DNA from: Clostridiales bacterium
GTDB lineage: Bacteria > Bacillota > Clostridia > Saccharofermentanales > Saccharofermentanaceae
Length of the DNA: 64,000 nucleotides
NCBI GenBank assembly: GCA_017513085.1
Contig: JAFWDK010000027.1
Coordinates: 160,564 to 224,563, forward strand
Direction of reading: 5' to 3'
Positions 57,080-64,000 of this stretch are shown here, one piece after another (positions within the stretch are counted from its first letter, which is position 1; each line of letters begins with the position of its first letter). The notes beneath the pieces were generated by a model that made no database searches, had not been told where the DNA came from, and saw only the letters and a list, made by a program, of their open reading frames with translations. Position numbers and translations under genes: made by a program.

Positions 57080-58267
57080 ATGGCAGCTGTCGAAGGGAAA
57101 GAAGCATCGAACCGGAACAAGGCAAAACTTGAAGATAAAACCGGACGTGCACACATCATCGAGATCATGCACATCAACAAAAGTTATGGTGAAAACCATG
57201 TCTTGAAAGATATCACATTCTATATCCGGAATAATGAATTTGTTACACTTCTTGGACCTTCGGGTTGCGGTAAATCCACGACGCTTCGTATTCTGGCAGG
57301 CTTTGAGACTGCCGATTCCGGCGAGGTGGAATTTGAAGGAGAAGATCTCCTTTCCGTCCCTGCCCACAAACGTCATATCAACACGGTATTCCAGCGCTAT
57401 GCGCTTTTTCCGCATCTCAATGTATTCGACAACGTTGCTTTCGGCCTGAAGTTGAAGAAGCGTCCGAAAGATGAGATCCGGACACGCGTTTCCGAGGCGC
57501 TCAAGACAGTCGGTCTTTCCGGCTATGAGAATCGTTGGGTCGACCAGCTTTCCGGCGGTCAGATGCAGCGTGTCGCGATTGCCCGCGCCATCATCAACCA
57601 GCCACGTGTCCTTCTTCTTGACGAGCCGCTCGGCGCTCTCGACCTCAAGATGCGCAAAGAGATGCAGATCGAGCTTAAAGAGATGCAGCGCGAGCTGGGC
57701 ATTACGTTCGTTTACGTCACCCACGATCAGGAAGAAGCTCTGACCATGTCAGACACGATCATCGTCATGAAAGACGGCGTCATCCAGCAGATCGGCACGC
57801 CGATCGATATCTATAACGAACCTAAGAATGCTTATGTAGCGGACTTCATCGGCGAGTCCAATATCATCCCGGGCACTATGAAGAAGAGTGAGGAAGTCAC
57901 GATCCTCGGAAAGACCTTCCCTTGTGTCGACCCTCTCTTCCCTGAATTCACGGAAGGACAGGATAACCCTGTCGACGTCGTCATCCGTCCGGAAGACATT
58001 TATGTAAAAGAAGAAGGACCGGATTATGTCAACGGCACAGTCACTTCTATCGTCTTCAAGGGCGTACACTACGAGATCCTCGTTGAGGACGATACCGGAA
58101 GTGAATGGATGATCCACGACGTCGATCCTGTTAAGGAAGGACAGCGGATCGGCATGACGGTCGATCCTGACGATATCCATATCATGCGAAAATCCGAGTT
58201 TTCCCCGGACGCGCCCGGATCCTCCGGCAAGAACGCCGATACCAACGATCCCGGAACTGAAGAGTAA
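57080..58267 (+). CDS. potA: Spermidine/putrescine ABC ATPase
   Basis: [33 protein letters not shown]. Confidence 0.93.
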   Translation: MAAVEGKEASNRNKAKLEDKTGRAHIIEIMHINKSYGENHVLKDITFYIRNNEFVTLLGPSGCGKSTTLRILAGFETADSGEVEFEGEDLLSVPAHKRHINTVFQRYALFPHLNVFDNVAFGLKLKKRPKDEIRTRVSEALKTVGLSGYENRWVDQLSGGQMQRVAIARAIINQPRVLLLDEPLGALDLKMRKEMQIELKEMQRELGITFVYVTHDQEEALTMSDTIIVMKDGVIQQIGTPIDIYNEPKNAYVADFIGESNIIPGTMKKSEEVTILGKTFPCVDPLFPEFTEGQDNPVDVVIRPEDIYVKEEGPDYVNGTVTSIVFKGVHYEILVEDDTGSEWMIHDVDPVKEGQRIGMTVDPDDIHIMRKSEFSPDAPGSSGKNADTNDPGTEE

Positions 58268-58285
58268 GGAGGTACGAGCATTTCC

Positions 58286-59809
58286 ATGTCCCGATCACTG
58301 AAACCTGAATCTTCTGTTTCGAGCCAAGCCGCCGGCGCAGAAAACAAACCTGACGGAAACTCCTACGATCCTTCTGTCCTGAAGGATAAGGCAGAGCGTA
58401 ACGCCTTACCTGCTACATTCTGGATCACAAGTCTGATGTTTCTCCTGTCTTCCATCCTCGTTTTCGTACCGTCTTTGATCCTGACGGTACAGTATGCGGA
58501 GCATGGCACGTATTCCTATCTGACTTTACTGACCGACACGACGTTCTCTCTGAAGACACGCTCCCATCAGGTAGCGCTGGATTTCAGTCCGGCCCGTGTC
58601 TTTCTGATCCTATCGATCGTATTACCGATCGTCGGCTTTCTCCTCAGCGCGCTCTCTCCTCTTCTGAAGAAGCGCCTGGGCAAGCGTCTCCCGTCTCTTT
58701 TGACGGCGATCGTTGCGCTGTCCGCGCTCGCTTGCTGCGTGATCTCCCAGTCACGGCTTATTTCGGATGCTGAGAGATCTGCTGCCAATATGAATTCCCA
58801 GAGCCTGCATTTTTCGCAGAATATCGTCGGTAATCTCCTGTTTGTTGCTTTTCTCATCGCAATCGCTTCTTCCGTCGTGGATATGATCGGAATCCGGGCG
58901 CATCTTCGCACCCTGGCCTATCCGTACTTTATGTGGCTCATCGTCTTCACGATCCTTCCGCTTGGACTGATCTTCTTCCGCGCGTTCTTCGCTAAAGTGG
59001 ACGGAAGTTATCACTTTACCCTCGACGGATTCCGGGTCCTCACCGTCAACCGTACGGTGTCATCCCGCTTTTACGGTCAGACGCTGCACCTTCAGGAATA
59101 CTTCTCCGTGTTCCTCCGAAGCCTCGATTATGCTCTTTGGACCACCATCGGATGTCTTTTGCTCGGTTACCCGCTGGCCTATATCCTCGCCAACCGGACC
59201 AAGCGTAAGCACCTGAAGTCTTCGATGCTTCTTTTCTTCTTCGTGCTCCCGATGTGGATCAACACGATGCTCCGCACCTACGCCTGGCGTGCTTTTTTCA
59301 GCCAGAACGGCGTACTCAACAGTTTCCTCATGAGCACAGGCCTCATCTCGGATCCGGTGCTTTTCCTGAAGAACGAGTGGATCTCGGACATCATTATCAA
59401 ACTGGTATTGATCAACGACTTCCTGCCCTTCATGCTTCTTCCGGTCTACTCCGTGCTCGTGAAGCTGGACGACAATATCGCCCAGGCAGCCCACGATCTT
59501 GGCGCAAACGGCAGACAGGCTTTCTGGAAAGTCATTTTCCCGTTGTCCATGCCCGGCGTGGTCTCCGGTATTCAGATGGTCTTCATGCCGGCCCTTACTT
59601 TCTATATGATCCCCGATATCATCAGTGAAGGCAGCGTGACCACGATTGGAAACACGGTACAGTCATTCATCCTGAATGAGAGTTCTTCCTACCAGCAGGC
59701 CGGCAATGTGCTGTCATTACTGCTTCTGGTATTTGTCCTGATCACCATGGGGCTTCTCCGGAATCAAGACAAAGATTTCGGTGACAACGGAGGAGGTATG
59801 GTACTATGA
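58286..59809 (+). CDS. potB: PotB permease with an extra N-terminal membrane domain
   Basis: PMWINTMLRTYAW, QAAHDLGA in the C-terminal ~300 aa. Confidence 0.88.
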   Translation: MSRSLKPESSVSSQAAGAENKPDGNSYDPSVLKDKAERNALPATFWITSLMFLLSSILVFVPSLILTVQYAEHGTYSYLTLLTDTTFSLKTRSHQVALDFSPARVFLILSIVLPIVGFLLSALSPLLKKRLGKRLPSLLTAIVALSALACCVISQSRLISDAERSAANMNSQSLHFSQNIVGNLLFVAFLIAIASSVVDMIGIRAHLRTLAYPYFMWLIVFTILPLGLIFFRAFFAKVDGSYHFTLDGFRVLTVNRTVSSRFYGQTLHLQEYFSVFLRSLDYALWTTIGCLLLGYPLAYILANRTKRKHLKSSMLLFFFVLPMWINTMLRTYAWRAFFSQNGVLNSFLMSTGLISDPVLFLKNEWISDIIIKLVLINDFLPFMLLPVYSVLVKLDDNIAQAAHDLGANGRQAFWKVIFPLSMPGVVSGIQMVFMPALTFYMIPDIISEGSVTTIGNTVQSFILNESSSYQQAGNVLSLLLLVFVLITMGLLRNQDKDFGDNGGGMVL

Positions 59810-60636
59810 ATCAACGCAAATTCGGCCGCACCCTTCGCGGCATCTTCCCGAATATTTACATCGGACTGGTATTCTTTTTCCTGTATCTGCCGATCATTGT
59901 CCTGATCGTCTTTTCGTTCAACAAGATACCGAAGTCCTTCGTATGGGGCGGTTTTTCCGTCGAACACTACGCATCGCTCTTTAAGGGAACGGATGGTGGC
60001 GAGCTGCTCTCTTCGCTTCTGACCACGTTGAAGATCGCTGCGATCGCGTCCGTCGCATCGACTCTGATCGCCGTCCTCGCCTGCCTGGGTCTCAGTTACT
60101 TCAGCAAGAAGATCCAGTCCCTGACCATGAATGTGACCTATATCCCGAACGTTATGCCGGAGCTTGTCACTGGTATTTCCTTCATGCTCCTCTTCGCGTT
60201 TCTGGGGATCCAGAAAGGCCAGTTCACGCTGATTTTGGCACATATCGCGTTCTGCGTGCCTTTTGCCGTGCTCTCCATCTCTCCTAAACTGAAGCAGCTC
60301 GACAAAAACATTGCCGAAGCCGCGCAGGATCTTGGCGCGACACAATTTCAGACCATAACACTGGTCATTATTCCGGAGCTTCTGCCCGGCATTTTGTCTT
60401 CTCTGCTTCTGACCTTTACCCTCTCTGTCGATGACTATCTGGTCAGCAATTTCAACGTGGACAGCACCATCCAGACTCTGCCCATGAAAATCTACTCCAT
60501 GGCCAAGTTCGGCGTCAATCCGAAGATGAATGCACTGACCGCCATCATGTTCGTGACGATCTTCATTCTTCTTCTTCTGGCAAACATTCGCCAGATCCGT
60601 GAATCCAGAGAATCCAAGAAAAACAGCAAGAAGTGA
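59806..60636 (+). CDS. potC: Spermidine/putrescine permease
   Basis: FLYLPI..SFN, EAAQDLGA, FTLSVDD. Confidence 0.93.
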   Translation: MNQRKFGRTLRGIFPNIYIGLVFFFLYLPIIVLIVFSFNKIPKSFVWGGFSVEHYASLFKGTDGGELLSSLLTTLKIAAIASVASTLIAVLACLGLSYFSKKIQSLTMNVTYIPNVMPELVTGISFMLLFAFLGIQKGQFTLILAHIAFCVPFAVLSISPKLKQLDKNIAEAAQDLGATQFQTITLVIIPELLPGILSSLLLTFTLSVDDYLVSNFNVDSTIQTLPMKIYSMAKFGVNPKMNALTAIMFVTIFILLLLANIRQIRESRESKKNSKK

Positions 60637-60680
60637 CTCCTGTCCGGAATTGCTCATCCTTCGGCAAAAGCACTTCTGCC

Positions 60681-61763
60681 TTAAAGCAGTTTCCGTACGA
60701 TCGGGAGCAATCGTAGCAGATAGGTGATAAGAAGAGAGATCAGGAATATACCCACTGCGACGACGAAGACAAACCACACACCGACATCAAAGGGATTGAA
60801 TAGTTTCTTCACAGCCAGGATCTTCAGCGGGACCATGTGGATCAGATAAATGCCGAAAGCATGCTTATCTATGAATTCCAGAACCTTATTGTGCCCGCCG
60901 AGCGATTCGGTCAGACCGAAGACGCCGACAGCTCCAAGTACAATGATCGGAAAAGAATAATCCGTCACCATTTCGCGAAGCATCGCATTATCCTTATGCA
61001 GATAGATAAGCGTGCAAATACTTATGCCGATGGCAAAAGCCACTATCAGGCAGGAAAACAGGCCTGTTCTGCGGCCACGGCCCTTCTGCTTCTCTCCGGA
61101 AGTTTCTTCAGTTTGTAGCCCGTCTGTGACCAGGAAGCGTCCGAGGACCAGATATAACGGGTAGATCGTAATGACCGGAATATAAATTCCAAAAGGAAGA
61201 TCCGTGACTGTCGAAAGGATCGGTACAACCGAAAGGAAAATAAAAAAGATCAGCGTCAGGGCGCCAAGTGCTTTTCGGTCTGAAACGCGGACAAAAGCAT
61301 GCAGTACCGGCATGATCAAATAAAGGCCGATCATGGTATACAAATACCACATATGGCTCCACTGCCCTTGCCCGGTAAGGAGTGATTTAAAAAACTCCGG
61401 GACCGTATCCCGGCTCCACGAGGTAAAGCCGAAGCCGATATCCACCAGGAGGAAAAGCGCGGAGAAAACCACCAGCGCGGCGAGCATGCGTGGAATATAC
61501 TTTCCGAATACTTTCTTGTAGCTGATATTCCGAGAAGGGTCAAGAAGCAGCGCACCGGTCACCATGACAAAACACGGCACCGACCAGAACATGAGATTAC
61601 GGATCAGGACGGCTGAGCGGTATTGGATAGTATCTTTTCCCACGAAAGAAAAGCAGGCGAAAAATGTATGCAGGATCACCACTGCTATGCAAGAGATCGC
61701 GCGAACATGGCTTAGTCCGGTATTCCTCCGGATGGTCGGGTTCGCGTTCTGCTTAGTCTCCAT
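60681..61763 (-). CDS. Acyltransferase-3 family membrane protein
   Basis: RAISCIAVVILH, VPCFVMVTG, HMWYL, FGIYLIH. Confidence 0.88.
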   Translation of the reverse strand: METKQNANPTIRRNTGLSHVRAISCIAVVILHTFFACFSFVGKDTIQYRSAVLIRNLMFWSVPCFVMVTGALLLDPSRNISYKKVFGKYIPRMLAALVVFSALFLLVDIGFGFTSWSRDTVPEFFKSLLTGQGQWSHMWYLYTMIGLYLIMPVLHAFVRVSDRKALGALTLIFFIFLSVVPILSTVTDLPFGIYIPVITIYPLYLVLGRFLVTDGLQTEETSGEKQKGRGRRTGLFSCLIVAFAIGISICTLIYLHKDNAMLREMVTDYSFPIIVLGAVGVFGLTESLGGHNKVLEFIDKHAFGIYLIHMVPLKILAVKKLFNPFDVGVWFVFVVAVGIFLISLLITYLLRLLPIVRKLL

Positions 61764-61820
61764 AAACGATTCCGCCTCTTCTTTACGTTCTTCTCACTTC
61801 ACGTCACTTCGGAGAGAAGA

Positions 61821-63104
61821 TCAGTTAAACCGGTAATAATCAGCATACATCCATGTGCCGGACTTGCCGTAATGGAACTTCCATCCGTCTCTTCCCGGCT
61901 TGGTCTGCTCGAATTCCGGATCGAACACATATGTCGTCCCTTCCATGTCGATCTCCACCCAGGAATGTGGCGAAAGTCCGCCGTTCCGGTTCTTCACATA
62001 ACCCACGATCTGATGGGAATCGTAACCCAGAGCCTGCGTCATCTCATAGAAGGTCGCCGCATACACATAGCAGTTTCCCTTACGTGTCGAGAATCCGAGA
62101 TGCGCAAGATACCGCGTCCCGTAATCCTGATTCAGACTGCTTCGTACATAGGTGATCCCCACCGACCAGTTATATGCCTTTCGGATATCCCAGCCTACCT
62201 GATCAAGGATCGCGCAGGCCTCCGGATACATATTCCGTACATACGTCATTGAATAGAAGATCCCGAAACTGTCACACAGCGCACGGAACTCCGGCAATAC
62301 GCAGAACTGCTCCATAACCTGAAGCCGGCTCATCTCACTTCTTCTGAGCTTTCCGACCCAGAACATCAGGCCATCGATATCCGGTTCACGATCCAGAAGC
62401 GTACGGTAACAGATCGTCACAAACTCCTCATCGATCATCTTCCTGGCTTTGAATTCATCACTGTCAAAGAAGCATGCAGCAACTTCAAGGCCGCCCTTGT
62501 TCTTGTTCAGAAGCTCGCCCAGCCAGTAATTCAGGCCGGCTCTCTCGTACCGTCTGTCCAGGCAATGGGAATACAATCTTGCTATAAAAGCACTGATCTT
62601 CGGGTATTTATCTCCCAGCTGGGAGGAGGCATGTGTGCCCTGCTCAATACCACAGGAAGCGCAGATGTTGCCAAACTCCTTCGAATTAAGGATACCGGAG
62701 ATCACAAAAGATCTCGACGCGCCATTACCGATCACGCCATCCCAGTAGTTGACCTCACCTTCCGTGGCTTGCCGGCCGAGTGCGCCGGAATATAAAGCAC
62801 GGATAAAATCCGCATCTCCCAGGTTTCTCTTGGAGAATTCTTCTCCGGTCAGAAAAGTTACGACGAGCTGAACGCCATTGAAATCACCTTTTTTAGCAGC
62901 TCCACACCAGAATGCGATCTCCTCCGGAGAACCCTCTCTGGCCAGGATCCCATTGTAAAGACCAATCACCAATTGCTCGATCGGTTCTTGCGGTTTGGAA
63001 GGAACTTCCGGATCATCTTGCGCCAGCACGGTCCCCCACATACCGAATAGCATCACCAAAGTGGTCAATAAACTGATAACTCGTCTCGAAATCTGTCTTT
63101 TCAT
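61821..63104 (-). CDS. Surface protein with DUF4214-type repeats and a C-terminal transglutaminase-like domain
   Basis: Signal peptide; LY...L.R....G..YW repeats; GNCYVYA, HSWVE, FDPE triad motifs. Confidence 0.85.
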   Translation of the reverse strand: MKRQISRRVISLLTTLVMLFGMWGTVLAQDDPEVPSKPQEPIEQLVIGLYNGILAREGSPEEIAFWCGAAKKGDFNGVQLVVTFLTGEEFSKRNLGDADFIRALYSGALGRQATEGEVNYWDGVIGNGASRSFVISGILNSKEFGNICASCGIEQGTHASSQLGDKYPKISAFIARLYSHCLDRRYERAGLNYWLGELLNKNKGGLEVAACFFDSDEFKARKMIDEEFVTICYRTLLDREPDIDGLMFWVGKLRRSEMSRLQVMEQFCVLPEFRALCDSFGIFYSMTYVRNMYPEACAILDQVGWDIRKAYNWSVGITYVRSSLNQDYGTRYLAHLGFSTRKGNCYVYAATFYEMTQALGYDSHQIVGYVKNRNGGLSPHSWVEIDMEGTTYVFDPEFEQTKPGRDGWKFHYGKSGTWMYADYYRFN

Positions 63105-63124
63105 AACTCTTCTCCCCGCAAAAG

Positions 63125-63808
63125 CTAATAGAAAAGTCCGTCGTCTCCTATACACCCGTCATTCGGATCACTCGTCGCCTTAGTCGGCTTCTTCTTCGTA
63201 GTCGTCGGCTCCGGCGTAGGCGTAACGTCGTCCTGTCCATTCATCAGGATGATCGTTTTCCCGTCTTTATAGATCACCTCTGCCTCCGAAATATTCCGCA
63301 TGTCAAAATGTGTGATCTCATCGACCGTTCCGTTCTCATAGTTGATACGGATATCATATTCCTTATTCTCATCGACATTAAAAAACGCATCACGGACTTC
63401 ACCGTCCGGGAAAGGCTCGTCCACGAGATTCTCCGGTCCGAAGTCCGCTTCCCCGTTTTCCTTGATATAAATGCCTATAATAGTGAGTCCTGTCGAATTT
63501 TTAACCGGATACGAAATGTTATGGTTCGCCTCATCTCCCAAAACCTGACTTGCCGCAGTGGTTGCCTCTGTCGTGGACTCCTCAAACAGATTCATCTCGT
63601 GTCCATCACCAAAAGAACCTTCCTCTGCGCTCGGATCTCTGGCTTTATCTTTTCCTGCTTCATCAGAAGTTTCCGCTTCTTTCGTGGTTTCAGCAGTTGC
63701 CTGTTGCGTCGTTGAAGAAGAGGCCGCTCCCGTCTCCTTGTCCTTTGGACCACATCCGGAAGCTAACGCTAACGCCAGCACCAGAAGAGCAATATTTGCT
63801 CTCTTCAT
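63125..63808 (-). CDS. Hypothetical lipoprotein
   Basis: LASGC lipobox; Thr/Glu-rich linker. Confidence 0.8.
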   Translation of the reverse strand: MKRANIALLVLALALASGCGPKDKETGAASSSTTQQATAETTKEAETSDEAGKDKARDPSAEEGSFGDGHEMNLFEESTTEATTAASQVLGDEANHNISYPVKNSTGLTIIGIYIKENGEADFGPENLVDEPFPDGEVRDAFFNVDENKEYDIRINYENGTVDEITHFDMRNISEAEVIYKDGKTIILMNGQDDVTPTPEPTTTKKKPTKATSDPNDGCIGDDGLFY

Positions 63809-63897
63809 AAATCTCCCCCTAAAGCAAAAATGTGTGTCATAAACTTTTAAATAATTATATAAAGCTTTCCCAATCTGCCGTACTATATGACGGCAGA

Positions 63898-63999
63898 TCA
63901 GGAGTTTTTCCTCGGACGTCCACGTGGACGCTTTGGGTTTTGTACCTGCGGTTCCTTCTTTGGTCGGCCACGTTTTTTCGGTTCGGGCTTTGGAACCGG
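63898..63999 (-). CDS. 3' end of a gene entering from the right edge, with two AT-hook motifs
   Basis: Translation PVPKPEPKKRGRPKKEPQVQNPKRPRGRPRKNS-stop. Confidence 0.65.
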   Translation of the reverse strand, partial: PVPKPEPKKRGRPKKEPQVQNPKRPRGRPRKNS

Positions 64000-64000
64000 T

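Overview
Chromosomal window from a Clostridia-type Firmicute; Cys-rich LRR/DUF4214 surface proteins and cellodextrin phosphorylases suggest a cellulolytic gut or rumen organism (inference). The housekeeping backbone contains hydF, a sugar-type ABC operon, PBP1A, rlmD, cellodextrin and cellobiose phosphorylases, tRNA-Ala(GGC), an apbE/NusG-II/Gx/nnrE cluster, dusB, a Zur-type znuACB locus, prsA, xth, proB and potABC. Two accessory blocks stand out. (1) An AT-rich island at about 1.4-4.65 kb encodes DUF4417, a short-leader Tox-GHH nuclease and a putative immunity protein, with no visible secretion domain. (2) A 13,561-bp integrative mobilizable element (MobA/MobL relaxase, oriT, large serine recombinase) sits in the 3' end of rlmD. 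Its att sites can be reconstructed exactly: GA core with symmetric CCTTGGAA/TTCCAAGG arms. attP lies in-frame inside the recombinase gene, so integration and excision swap a 101-aa C-terminal domain between the recombinase and the host RlmD. The cargo includes a BlaI/M56 module with three TACA-N2-TGTA operators. Family assignments come from motif recognition only; no database searches were run.
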